Assembly (NCBI GenBank): GCA_963674595.2
Contig: CAXXFV010000023.1
Location: forward strand, 384,001 to 448,000
Source of the DNA: a bacterium
Lineage (GTDB): Bacteria > Zhuqueibacterota > Zhuqueibacteria > Residuimicrobiales > Krinioviventaceae
DNA length: 64,000 nucleotides
Reading direction: 5' to 3'
The notes beneath the pieces were generated by a model, which was not told the DNA's origin, made no database searches, and saw only the letters and a list, made by a program, of their open reading frames with translations. Below, piece after piece: positions 40,724-50,698 of the stretch (position 1 is its first letter; each line of letters starts with the position of its first letter). The translations under genes and the position numbers were made by a program.

Positions 40724-40787
40724 CGCCACTTTTTTCTGTGATTTAAGTTTAATAAAAATAATATTAAGAATTTTTCTTAATTTATAA

Positions 40788-40816
40788 TTGACTTTTGTAC
40801 AGAATTTTCATATAAT
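40788..40816 (+). promoter_or_regulatory. sigma70 promoter of the DeoR-headed catabolic locus
   Basis: TTGACT (40788-93)-N17-TATAAT (40811-16). Confidence 0.8.
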
Positions 40817-40829
40817 TCAGCAATTAGAA

Positions 40830-40849
40830 TGATCGTTTGTGATCGTTTT
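40830..40849 (+). promoter_or_regulatory. Proximal operator (tandem TGATCGTTT repeats)
   Basis: TGATCGTTTG-TGATCGTTTT just downstream of the predicted TSS; the same 9-mer occurs at 40687. Confidence 0.6.
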
Positions 40850-40871
40850 GTTTTGGTAGAAAGCAGAATGA

Positions 40872-41633
40872 ATGGAAAAACAGGCACGAATTAAATATAT
40901 TTTACAAGTCATTGATAAAAAGGGTCGTATTGCTATTGATGATATTGTGGCAAGGTGTAATATCTCTCAGATAACAGCCCGGAGAGACCTTGAACAGCTT
41001 GCCGGTAAAGGGTATATCATCCGTACGCATGGCGGCGCTATAAAAGACGAGTCGTTTTCACATTTGTTCAGTTTTGTCCGCAGAATGGACAGCAAAAGCG
41101 ATAAAAAAATGGCAATCAGCAAATATGCTGCTCAGTTTATTAATGATAATGAAACAATATTTTTGGACTGCGGGACAACAATCTTTAATCTCTGTCATTT
41201 TATCAACAAAAAGAATAACCTTCAAGTTATAACCAATTCATTATCTGTTGCTTCGGAATTGGCCAAGTATCCGCAAATTAAAGTTACTATGATCGGGGGG
41301 GATATTTTACCGGAACGACGGGCTGCCTATGGATTGACGGCCTGGAACCAGATTAATCAGTATCATGCGGATAAAGCGTTTATCGGTACAAATGGACTTT
41401 CGCTGACCGGTGGTTTCAGCTCCTATGATGATTCTGAAGCACAGGTTGTTTTGGCGATGGCCGGCGCCGCTGAACAGGTTTATATGTTGTGTGATTCGTC
41501 TAAAATAGAAAATGATTCGGTTTATAAATTTGCCCCTATTACGTTGGCAGATTATATTATCACGGATAAAGATTTGGCCCCGGATATTGTTAGTAAATAT
41601 AAAGAAAATAATGTGAATATAATAACCGCGTAA
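40872..41633 (+). CDS. DeoR/GlpR family transcriptional regulator
   Basis: S..TARRDL..L...G...RTHGGA HTH; IFLDCGTT, ITNS, DKAFIG, DSSK. Confidence 0.95.
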   Translation: MEKQARIKYILQVIDKKGRIAIDDIVARCNISQITARRDLEQLAGKGYIIRTHGGAIKDESFSHLFSFVRRMDSKSDKKMAISKYAAQFINDNETIFLDCGTTIFNLCHFINKKNNLQVITNSLSVASELAKYPQIKVTMIGGDILPERRAAYGLTAWNQINQYHADKAFIGTNGLSLTGGFSSYDDSEAQVVLAMAGAAEQVYMLCDSSKIENDSVYKFAPITLADYIITDKDLAPDIVSKYKENNVNIITA

Positions 41634-41678
41634 TACCTGAATTTAACGGTTTTTTTGATAAAAAACGGGAAACTGATT

Positions 41679-43133
41679 ATGAAAGTAAATTGTATAAAAT
41701 TTTTGTTCGCTGTTTTGGTATTTACCTGTTTACCGCTATCTGCACAAGATACTGCTGTTCTTGAATTAAATAACAACAGAGAGTTGTTTGTTGACTATTA
41801 CTTGATCGACAAACTGGATAATCTTGAACTGACTTTGCAAAAGCCGATTGATGAAGGTCCGGTTATATATTTTGATAAACCCTGGGAAGGTGAGTTTAGT
41901 CTCTATACAACCATTATCCAAGATGGTGATACGTATAAAATGTATTACCGGGGTTTGCCGGATGTTCTTAAAGATTATGCAGACAGAGAGCTTACCTGCT
42001 ATGCCGAATCATCTGATGGTATTCACTGGGAAAAGCCGAATTTGAATTTGTATAAAGTTAATAGTACATTTGAAAACAATGTCGTTTTCATTGACTCTCA
42101 ACGTACAAACCATAATTTTTGTCCGATGTTGGATACAAACCCAAATGTTAAAGAGAGTGAGCGATATAAAGCCATAGGCGGCACTTATAACCATGGATTA
42201 TTTGCTTTTGCTTCTCCTGACGGAATCCATTGGAAAAGAATGCAACAAGAAGCAGTTTTTAAAAACGGCAAGTTTGATTCTCAGAATGTTGCATTCTGGT
42301 CGGAAAGTGAGGAATGTTATGTGCTCTATTTTCGGACCTGGTCCGGCGGCGAATTTGATGGTTTTCGTAGTGTCAGCAGAACAACATCTAAAGACTTTAT
42401 AAATTGGACGGAACCTGTTGCCATGACGTTTGGCGACACACCGATGGAACATTTATACACACACCAGACCCATCCCTATTATCGGGCACCGCGTATTTAT
42501 ATAGCGATAGGAGCGCGATTTATGCCCGGACGTCAGGTATTAACGGAACAGCAGGCAAAAGATTTTAATGTGAATCCCAAATATTACAAAGACTGCTCAG
42601 ACGCGGTATTGATGAGTTCCCGTGGTGGAAATGTTTATGACCGTACTTTTATGCAGTCTTTTATTCGTCCGGGAATTGGCCTTGAAAACTGGGTGTCCCG
42701 TACAAATTATCCGGCATTAAATGTTGTACAAACAAGTCCTGAGGAAATGTCCGTTTATGTGAATCATAATTATGCGCAGCCAACGACCCATTTGCGCCGT
42801 TATTCCATGAGAATTGATGGATTTGCAGCATTGTCCGCTGACTTTGAAAAAGGTGAAATGGTTACAAAACCTTTTACTTTTAAAGGAAACAAACTGGTTA
42901 TAAATTATTCCACATCGGCGGCCGGTGAAATTAAAGTTGAAATACAGGACCAAAACGGCGTTGCTGTGCCCGGTTATACCCTGGACCAGTCACAAACAAT
43001 TATTGGAAATGAAATAGAGCGTACGGTCTCATGGGAAAAGGGCAGTAATGTACAGGAATTAAGTGGAAAGCCGATTCGGCTATGTTTTGTATTAAAGGAT
43101 GCAGATTTGTATTCTTGTCAGTTTAAAGAATAA
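41679..43133 (+). CDS. Secreted five-bladed beta-propeller protein (GH43/32/130-like superfamily), uncharacterised
   Basis: Signal peptide, RELFVD, PWEG, YKMYYR, YAESSDGIHWEKP, FDSQN..FW, SKDFINW, R.DGF, C-terminal beta-sandwich. Confidence 0.65.
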   Translation: MKVNCIKFLFAVLVFTCLPLSAQDTAVLELNNNRELFVDYYLIDKLDNLELTLQKPIDEGPVIYFDKPWEGEFSLYTTIIQDGDTYKMYYRGLPDVLKDYADRELTCYAESSDGIHWEKPNLNLYKVNSTFENNVVFIDSQRTNHNFCPMLDTNPNVKESERYKAIGGTYNHGLFAFASPDGIHWKRMQQEAVFKNGKFDSQNVAFWSESEECYVLYFRTWSGGEFDGFRSVSRTTSKDFINWTEPVAMTFGDTPMEHLYTHQTHPYYRAPRIYIAIGARFMPGRQVLTEQQAKDFNVNPKYYKDCSDAVLMSSRGGNVYDRTFMQSFIRPGIGLENWVSRTNYPALNVVQTSPEEMSVYVNHNYAQPTTHLRRYSMRIDGFAALSADFEKGEMVTKPFTFKGNKLVINYSTSAAGEIKVEIQDQNGVAVPGYTLDQSQTIIGNEIERTVSWEKGSNVQELSGKPIRLCFVLKDADLYSCQFKE

Positions 43134-43157
43134 TATATTTTAATTAAGGAGTAACAA

Positions 43158-44525
43158 ATGAATAAAGATTGGTGGAAGGAAAGCGCACAAGGAATTCCCC
43201 ATATCGTTACCGAATTACCCGGACCAAAGTCCAATAGTTTGTCTGAAAAGGGGGCCCGTTACATCCGGGGACTGAGTTCTCAGGTGCAATTGTTCCCTGT
43301 TTGTTTTGACAAAGGTTTTGGTGTTACCTTGACAGACGTTGACGGCAATACGTTTCTGGATTTTTCATCAGGAATATATGTGACGTCACTCGGACATTGC
43401 CATCCGAAAATATCAGACGCTGTTGCCCACTGGGCAAAACGACTGATGAATTGTCACGATTTTACCACACCGGTTAAAGAAAAACTGGTTTCAAAAATGG
43501 CTGATATCCTTCCGGGAAATTTAAACGGCATTCAGTTATACAGCGATGGTGCAACAGCGGTTGAAGCCGGCTTAAGAGCCGCCAGGGTTATTTCCGGAAA
43601 ACACGAGTTTATATCCTGTTTTCGTGATTTTCATGGTAAGACAATGGGAGCTGTGAGTTGTGCCCGAATGTCGCGCGGTGAGGTGTTGTCCTATGCACCC
43701 ACACGTGTTGCCGGATTTTATATGGTCCCAAGACCTGATCCCTACCGTCCTTTGTTTAAAAAACAGGATGGTACGATTGATACGGATGCTTATATTGATT
43801 TTTATAAAGAATTTATTAGAGAAGGCACTGTCGGCAATGTTGCCGCATTTGTTTTGGAACCTGCACAGGGTTGGGCCGGCTCCATTTTTCCGCCGGATGA
43901 TTTTTTTCCGAAATTAAGGAAACTATGTGACGAGTTGAATATTTTATTCTTCGGCGATGAAGTCCTTACCGGAATGGGGCGCACCGGAGAGTTGCTGTGT
44001 CTGAATCATTGGGAGACGATTCCGGACATTGTTACTTTTGGTAAATCTTTTGGTAACGGGTTCCCGGTTACCGCGATGGTCGTTAAGGAAGAGTATGCCG
44101 AGGCTTTGGACCAGATTTCCGCGTCATCCAGTTATGGAGGAAACCCAATGGCCTGTGCCGCAGCGTTGGCTTCACTTGAAGTTATTGAAGAAGAAAATCT
44201 TTTAGAGAATACACGACTTGTCGGCGAAAGCATGATGAAACGAATGAAAAAAATGCAGCAGGAGCACCCGATTGTGGGTGATGTCAAGGGCAAAGGTTTG
44301 CTGCTGGGTATAGAACTGGTTAAAGATAAAGGAACCAAGGAACCTTTTGACGAAGCAGGCAAACTGGTCTATCAAAAAGCTTTTTCTAAAGGACTCGCCT
44401 GGATCCCTGCCGGACATATTTTGAGAATGTCGCCGCCTTTGATTATCGATGAAAAACACGCGATGCTCGGCTTGGACATGATAGAAGAAGCCATCGCCGA
44501 AGTTGAAAAACAATTTGGATATTAA
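43158..44525 (+). CDS. Class III PLP aminotransferase (GabT-like)
   Basis: DVDGN.FLDF, GHCHP, FHGKT, EPAQG, DEVLTGMGRTG, GKSFGNG, YGGNP. Confidence 0.92.
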   Translation: MNKDWWKESAQGIPHIVTELPGPKSNSLSEKGARYIRGLSSQVQLFPVCFDKGFGVTLTDVDGNTFLDFSSGIYVTSLGHCHPKISDAVAHWAKRLMNCHDFTTPVKEKLVSKMADILPGNLNGIQLYSDGATAVEAGLRAARVISGKHEFISCFRDFHGKTMGAVSCARMSRGEVLSYAPTRVAGFYMVPRPDPYRPLFKKQDGTIDTDAYIDFYKEFIREGTVGNVAAFVLEPAQGWAGSIFPPDDFFPKLRKLCDELNILFFGDEVLTGMGRTGELLCLNHWETIPDIVTFGKSFGNGFPVTAMVVKEEYAEALDQISASSSYGGNPMACAAALASLEVIEEENLLENTRLVGESMMKRMKKMQQEHPIVGDVKGKGLLLGIELVKDKGTKEPFDEAGKLVYQKAFSKGLAWIPAGHILRMSPPLIIDEKHAMLGLDMIEEAIAEVEKQFGY

Positions 44526-44526
44526 A

Positions 44527-45669
44527 ATGAATAAAGTAAAAGTAGGTATTATCGGCCTGGGTTTAATGGGCCGGGAATTTGCCAGCAGTGTCGGCCGGTG
44601 GTGCCATGTGCTGGATTTTCCCATAAAACCTGAAATTGTTTCCATTTGTGATGTTAATCCGGATTTGTTTCCGTGGTATTTGGAAAATTTTCCTTCTATT
44701 AAACAGCACACTACGGATTATCAGGAATTGTTGAACAACCCACAGGTTGAAATGGTTTTTTGCGCCGTACCCCATAATCTTCATGAGGAAATTTATATTA
44801 ATATCCTCAAAGCCGGAAAACATTTAATGGGCGAAAAGCCTTTTGGTATTGACAAAAAAGCCAACACCCGAATTTTGGAAGAGATTGAAAAACATCCGGA
44901 ATGTTTTGTACGCTGTACATCCGAATTTCCCTATTTTCCGGCAGTTCAGCGAATGTGTAGTATGATTGAGAACAAAAAATTCGGCCAGATTATCGAAGTG
45001 AACGGCGGATTCAAACACTCCAGTGATTTGGACCCAGATAAATCCATTAACTGGAAACGCATCATTTCTATAAACGGTGAATACGGGTGTATGGGCGATC
45101 TGGGTATGCACGTTTGCCATGTTCCGTTTCGGGCCGGCTGGAAGATATTAAATGTACGGACCATTCTTTCAAATATTGTAAAAACCAGACCCGGTAAAAA
45201 CGGAAACGTCCCCTGTGAAACCTGGGACAATGCTACGCTGTTTTGCGAGGCAGTTGAGGAAGAATCTTCCAAGGACACTTTTCCGATGACGTTTAAAATG
45301 CAGCGCATTGCTCCGGGTGAAAAAAATACCTGGTATATTGAAATTCTGGGCACAAAGGCGTGTGCCAGGTTTTCAACCAAAAACCCCAAGTTGCTTCAGG
45401 TTTTGGAATATAACGGCGGTGAGCAGATTTGGCAGAATATTGATATGGGCCAGGAAACAGCCTTTAAAACCATTACCGGCGGTATTTTTGAATTTGGTTT
45501 TACAGATGCCATTTTGCAAATGTGGGCGGCATTTATCGATGAATTTTATCATAAAAAACCAAAAAGCAAATTTGCCCAGTGCGTAACACCGGAAGAGACG
45601 GCGATGAGCCATGAATTGTTTACGGCCGCGCTTGAATCTCATCATCAGCAAAAAACAGTTACGCTTTAA
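44527..45669 (+). CDS. Gfo/Idh/MocA family oxidoreductase
   Basis: GIIGLGLMG, AVPHNLH, GKHLMGEKP, G.MGDLGMH. Confidence 0.9.
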   Translation: MNKVKVGIIGLGLMGREFASSVGRWCHVLDFPIKPEIVSICDVNPDLFPWYLENFPSIKQHTTDYQELLNNPQVEMVFCAVPHNLHEEIYINILKAGKHLMGEKPFGIDKKANTRILEEIEKHPECFVRCTSEFPYFPAVQRMCSMIENKKFGQIIEVNGGFKHSSDLDPDKSINWKRIISINGEYGCMGDLGMHVCHVPFRAGWKILNVRTILSNIVKTRPGKNGNVPCETWDNATLFCEAVEEESSKDTFPMTFKMQRIAPGEKNTWYIEILGTKACARFSTKNPKLLQVLEYNGGEQIWQNIDMGQETAFKTITGGIFEFGFTDAILQMWAAFIDEFYHKKPKSKFAQCVTPEETAMSHELFTAALESHHQQKTVTL

Positions 45670-45702
45670 AATAATAACAAATTTATTTCGTGAGAAAAAA
45701 AT

Positions 45703-46869
45703 ATGTTTTCCATTAAAGGAAAAATAGTCACACCTGACCGTATTGTTGACGGCTATGTAAACGTAAATCAGGACCGCATTTCGGATGTGACTGAAGAAAA
45801 GCCTGCCTTTGAAACGGTTTACGACTTTGGGCAATATCTTGTCCTGCCGGGATTTGTTGATATTCATCTGCATGGTATCGGTAATTATGATACCGTGGAT
45901 GCAGCAAATCTGGCCGGTATGGCAAAATTACAGCCGCAATACGGTACGACCAGCTTTCTGCCGACAGCCGCTGCCATGTCCAAACAACAGTATGCGGATT
46001 TGGGAAAGGACGCCCGGACCGCCATTGCCACAGTAGGAGGTGACGGCGCTAAAATTCAGGGGATCCATTTGGAAGGACCGTTTATCAATCCAAAGAGCTC
46101 CGGGGCCATGGCCCACTCCACCAGAAGGCCCATTGAGCAGGACGAGGCGGAATATTATATTGAACAGATAGGAGATTTGCTCAGGATTTTAACCTTTTCT
46201 CCTGAACTGGAAAACGGTCTTTATTTAACAGAAACTTTAAAAAAACACAATATTGTTGCATCACTCGGTCATTCGGTTGCGGAGCCACACCAGTTGCCTT
46301 CTTTAGTCGAGGCCGGGCTGAGCCATGTGGTGCACATGTTTAATGCGTTTGTTTCGTCCGGTGAAAAAGAACAGGGCGTGCTCAAGGCCGGTTTACTGGA
46401 ACACATTTTGTTAAATGATAAACTTACCTGTGAATTTATTTGCGACACCCACCATGTTGCACCGGAATATTTGACAATTGCATCCCGCGTACTTGGGCCG
46501 GACCGCTTTGTGGCTATTACCGACAGTCTGCCCGGCGCCGGTTTTCTGGATGGAATTTTTCAGTTCCCGAATGGCAGTGAGTTTAAAATTGAAAATGGTG
46601 TCGCCCGTCTCTATGGTGGTGAACAGGGCGGGTGCCTGTGCGGCAGCGTATTAACAATGAACCGGGCATTTTTTAATTTGATTAATATTTGTCAGATTGA
46701 TACGGTCCTTGCCGCCAGATATACGAGTTTAAATGCCGCCAGAGTAATTGGAATGGATGATCAAATTGGTTCAATTGAGCCGGGAAAATGTGCTGATATT
46801 ACTGTGTTAAATTCTGATTACGAATGTATTGCTACATTTGTTAATGGTAAATTGGTTTATAAAAATTAG
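45703..46869 (+). CDS. nagA: N-acetylglucosamine-6-phosphate deacetylase family amidohydrolase
   Basis: PGFVDIHLHG, HLEGPF, SPE, GHS, HMFNA, D.HHV, ITDS, L.GS.LTM, GSIEPGK.AD. Confidence 0.85.
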   Translation: MFSIKGKIVTPDRIVDGYVNVNQDRISDVTEEKPAFETVYDFGQYLVLPGFVDIHLHGIGNYDTVDAANLAGMAKLQPQYGTTSFLPTAAAMSKQQYADLGKDARTAIATVGGDGAKIQGIHLEGPFINPKSSGAMAHSTRRPIEQDEAEYYIEQIGDLLRILTFSPELENGLYLTETLKKHNIVASLGHSVAEPHQLPSLVEAGLSHVVHMFNAFVSSGEKEQGVLKAGLLEHILLNDKLTCEFICDTHHVAPEYLTIASRVLGPDRFVAITDSLPGAGFLDGIFQFPNGSEFKIENGVARLYGGEQGGCLCGSVLTMNRAFFNLINICQIDTVLAARYTSLNAARVIGMDDQIGSIEPGKCADITVLNSDYECIATFVNGKLVYKN

Positions 46870-46885
46870 TTTTGGGAGAAATATA

Positions 46886-47821
46886 ATGTCCACATCATTT
46901 GAATACAGTCCTTCAAAATGGGTTCCGTTTCGGGACAAAGATGTTTTGGATAAAGTCCGTAAAATCGATAAAAGTGAACTCACCAAACATGCAAATCCAA
47001 AGTTCCAAATTCGAATCGTCAAAGACGACATGGCCGAGATTGAATTTGTAACCGACATGTTTTGGCGGATTAAACAAGCTGCCGATGCTGATCAGCAAGT
47101 TGTTTTGATATTGCCAAATCCGAATCCATCATATAAAAAAGTTGCCTGTTTGATCAACAAGTTTCGGGTTAATTGCAAAAAACTGGTTGTTTTTGCCATG
47201 GACGAATATGCCGATGAAAATGGTGTCATTGCCCCTGAAGAGTGGCCCCAGGGATTTATGCAGGCATTGAAAAAGTATTTTTATTACCAAATTGATAAAG
47301 ATTTGCGTCCACCTGAAAGTCAGTTTCATGGTCCGAATAATAAAAATATAAATGATTACAGCCAAATGATCCTCGACCATGGCGGCGCTGATATGTGTTA
47401 CAGCGGACCGGGCTGGACGGGTCACCTGGCGTTTATCGAACCCGATGCACCTGAATTTGACGCCCCTTTGGAAGAGTGGAAGACCATGGGAGCGCGTATC
47501 GTGACGTTGAGTCCCTTTACCCTGGCCCAAAATTCTTTGCATGGCAGTTTCGGCATGAGCGGTGATCTGGCCATTGTTCCGCCAAAAGCCGCCACCATAG
47601 GCCCGGCCGATGTCATCGCTTCCAAAGCGCGTATGGAAATACATGCTTTGAGTGTACATAACACCACAACAGCCTGGCAGCGTCTTATTTCGCGTCTGGT
47701 TTTACATGGCCCGGTGACACCTTTGGTCCCTTCATCCATACATCAGATTTTGGAAACCAATTGTATTGTGTCGGAAACCATAGCCCAAAACATTGAAGTT
47801 AATTGGGACAAGGGATATTAA
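46886..47821 (+). CDS. Divergent NagB/glucosamine-6-P deaminase-like protein
   Basis: FAMDEYAD, GGAD..YSGPGWTGHLAF.EP, A.TIG, GPVT..VPSS. Confidence 0.7.
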   Translation: MSTSFEYSPSKWVPFRDKDVLDKVRKIDKSELTKHANPKFQIRIVKDDMAEIEFVTDMFWRIKQAADADQQVVLILPNPNPSYKKVACLINKFRVNCKKLVVFAMDEYADENGVIAPEEWPQGFMQALKKYFYYQIDKDLRPPESQFHGPNNKNINDYSQMILDHGGADMCYSGPGWTGHLAFIEPDAPEFDAPLEEWKTMGARIVTLSPFTLAQNSLHGSFGMSGDLAIVPPKAATIGPADVIASKARMEIHALSVHNTTTAWQRLISRLVLHGPVTPLVPSSIHQILETNCIVSETIAQNIEVNWDKGY

Positions 47822-47822
47822 T

Positions 47823-49139
47823 ATGCAAAACAACCTTTTTGCAGGTGCGGCTGTTGTTGACAGCAGTCCAAAGGATTCCCAGTTTTTATACGGGTATCCC
47901 CATGTTGAACGTTACAGCACCGGAATTCATGATCCCTTGTTCAGTTCTGCTCTTTATCTTTCCGACGGGCAGACCAAAATTATGTTTATTGCCAATGATA
48001 TCATCTTTGTCAGTAAAGAAATGACAGCCTATGTTCGCAATCAGATAAATGAACACACCGGCATTCCTGCGCAAAATATTTTGATATCCGCCACGCATAC
48101 CCATTCTGGTCCTATAACCGTCAACTATGTAAGCAATTCAAGTGATCCTGTGGTTCCCAAAGCAGATATTGAATACATTCGGTATCTTACCGAATGTATG
48201 ATAGAAGCCGCTTTAAAAGCCTTTAGCCGTGCTCAGCCTGCAAGGGTTGGACTGGGCCTGGCTGACAGTACCGGTGTTGGTACCAATCGGCATGATCCAC
48301 AAGGATTGTCCAATCATCAGGTACCGGTCCTGATGGTAAAATCTGCAAAAAAAGAGGCAAACATTGCCTGCATGCTTGTCGGCTCTATGCACCCGACTGT
48401 TTTGCATGAAGATTCTACCCTGGTTTCAGCCGATTTTCCCGGATTTGCACGAAAATATTTGCAGCAGCAAGCGCTGGGTTTAGAGTGTCCGGTGCTTTAT
48501 CATACCGGGCCTTGTGGTGATCAGAGTCCGAGACATGTTACTCATGGAAATACATTTTCCGAAGCAGAAAGATTGGGAAATATCCTGGGCGCATCGGTAT
48601 TAAAGATCATTTCCAATATCGAATATCAATCAGATATTTCTTTACAATGTTTTCAAAGAGAAATTGACCTGCCGAAAAAATCTTTTCCAAATGTACAAAT
48701 CGCTGAAAATCAGTTGAAAAACGCTGTGGAAAAACTGGAGCAACTGCGCTCCGACAATGCAAAATGGCAGGACATCCGGACCGCAGAATGTGACTGGTTT
48801 GGGGCCGAAGAAACACTGACATTGGCCAAAGCCGTAGAAAAACAGGAAATAAATGATTATTATAAATCCTGTTTACCTGCTGAGATTCAATTGTTAAAAA
48901 TCGGGCCCTGGAATTTTTTCGGCTGGCCCGGAGAAATTTTTACTGAATATGCTCTTTTGCTAAAAAAGAAGGTGGAAAATAGTTTTGTAATCTCTCTTGC
49001 TAATGGTGAACTACAGGGGTATATTACTACTCAGGAGGCTGCCGATAACGGATGGTATGAAGGTTCAAATGCTTTGTTTCATGCCAAAAGCGGTCAGCTT
49101 TTGGTGGACGAGTCTGTAAAATTGTTTGGGCAGATATAA
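47823..49139 (+). CDS. Neutral/alkaline ceramidase-like amidohydrolase
   Basis: GIHDPL, ISATHTHSGP, MHPT, SADFPG, GDQSP, PGEIF, LANG..GY. Confidence 0.8.
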   Translation: MQNNLFAGAAVVDSSPKDSQFLYGYPHVERYSTGIHDPLFSSALYLSDGQTKIMFIANDIIFVSKEMTAYVRNQINEHTGIPAQNILISATHTHSGPITVNYVSNSSDPVVPKADIEYIRYLTECMIEAALKAFSRAQPARVGLGLADSTGVGTNRHDPQGLSNHQVPVLMVKSAKKEANIACMLVGSMHPTVLHEDSTLVSADFPGFARKYLQQQALGLECPVLYHTGPCGDQSPRHVTHGNTFSEAERLGNILGASVLKIISNIEYQSDISLQCFQREIDLPKKSFPNVQIAENQLKNAVEKLEQLRSDNAKWQDIRTAECDWFGAEETLTLAKAVEKQEINDYYKSCLPAEIQLLKIGPWNFFGWPGEIFTEYALLLKKKVENSFVISLANGELQGYITTQEAADNGWYEGSNALFHAKSGQLLVDESVKLFGQI

Positions 49140-49192
49140 ATGTAAAAATCGATATAAATATTTTAATAGAAAATGAACATGTAGCGTGATAT

Positions 49193-50614
49193 ATGGATTA
49201 TGTTCTAGGCGTCGATCTTGGCACCAGTTATTTTAAACTGGGCCTCTTAAATAAACAGGGGGATTTGTGCGGATTTTCACGCATTTTTGTCCCCAAAGAC
49301 ACAGGTGACGGGACCCGAAGTGAGGTGCCGGTGGACCATTTTTGGCAAGTCCTGAAAAAGGGACTGCAAGACGCCTGTGTTCAGGCCCAAACAACGCCGT
49401 CCCGGATTAAAGCGGTTAGCTATTCTTCTCAGGCAAACTCTTTTGTTCTGCTGGACAAAAATAAAAGCCCATTAACGCCCATAATTTTATGGTGCGATAA
49501 CCGAGCTGAAAATGCTGATCTGTGCAAGGACGTTTTTAATAATGATGGATTTTTGGATATTACCGGTCTGGGGATAGGCTGCTCGCATCAATTTTGCATT
49601 TCAAAGCTGCTCTGGTTTCAACAGCTACAACCTGACTTGTGGTCTCAGGTTGATCATGTTATGACAATTTCCGATTATTTTACATATTGTATGACAGGAC
49701 AGACAGTGGGAGACGCCAGCACGGCTTCTTTGCTGGGTCTGTTAAACATTCATAACCTGCAATGGCAAAAAGATTTTTTCCCCTTTGAACATATCCATCT
49801 TTCAACACCGTTGCGGCCGGGCACCTGCGCCGGATCTGTTGTAAAAAATGGCACTGAGCTTTTTGGACTGCCGCCGGACATTCCCTTTGTCGTCGGCAGT
49901 CTGGACCATCTAATGGGCGCAGTCGGGGCCGGGGCCGGTTCTATTGCTGATATGAGCGAATCCACCGGAACGGTTTTGGCCTGCTTGAAACTTTCTTCCC
50001 ATTATCATCCCCTTGAAAATACAAGTACGGGGCCAGGATTTACAGAAAATCAATATTATCAACTGGCATTTAATGATAACGGAGCGGTTGGTCTGGAATG
50101 GTATCAAAATAAATTTTCGGATAAAGAAACCTTTCATCAGTTCGTGCAGTCGGCCCGGGATATTAATGTCGGCAGCAACGGACTTGTCGCCAAACCGGGT
50201 TTCCATTTATACAAAGGAATGGAAGGTTTTGATAATTGTTCTCTTTTGCATGAAAAAGGTCATTTCACACGCGCAATTTTAGAATTAACGGCGTTAAGCT
50301 TGTTTCAACTTGTAAACATATTATCTCCCGGCTCTTTGCCTCAACGAATTGCTGCCACCGGCGGTGGCGCTAAAAGTGAAATATGGCTGCAAATAAAAGC
50401 CGATCTTTTAGGGATTGAATTTATAACAACACAAGCACAGGCACCGGCGTGTACGGGGGCTGCCATGTATGCTTCTCTTGCGGCCGGCTGGTTTGCAGAT
50501 ATTGAAGCAGTTTCTGCAAAGTGGATTAAAATTAAAAATATATTCAAACCGATAGAACGTAACCACGAAAAATATCAAGAGTGGTATAACGCTGTGACAT
50601 CGAATCAGGTATAG
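49193..50614 (+). CDS. FGGY family carbohydrate kinase
   Basis: GVDLGTS, ILWCDNR, KLLW, D.STAS, GSLDH, STGT, RAILE, TGGGA.S.IW.QIKAD. Confidence 0.92.
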   Translation: MDYVLGVDLGTSYFKLGLLNKQGDLCGFSRIFVPKDTGDGTRSEVPVDHFWQVLKKGLQDACVQAQTTPSRIKAVSYSSQANSFVLLDKNKSPLTPIILWCDNRAENADLCKDVFNNDGFLDITGLGIGCSHQFCISKLLWFQQLQPDLWSQVDHVMTISDYFTYCMTGQTVGDASTASLLGLLNIHNLQWQKDFFPFEHIHLSTPLRPGTCAGSVVKNGTELFGLPPDIPFVVGSLDHLMGAVGAGAGSIADMSESTGTVLACLKLSSHYHPLENTSTGPGFTENQYYQLAFNDNGAVGLEWYQNKFSDKETFHQFVQSARDINVGSNGLVAKPGFHLYKGMEGFDNCSLLHEKGHFTRAILELTALSLFQLVNILSPGSLPQRIAATGGGAKSEIWLQIKADLLGIEFITTQAQAPACTGAAMYASLAAGWFADIEAVSAKWIKIKNIFKPIERNHEKYQEWYNAVTSNQV

Positions 50615-50698
50615 AACATAATCATTGTAATGAGAAAAAATGGTACAGATCAAATAAATACGATTACTAATAATGAACCTCAAACCAGGAGCCGCTAA

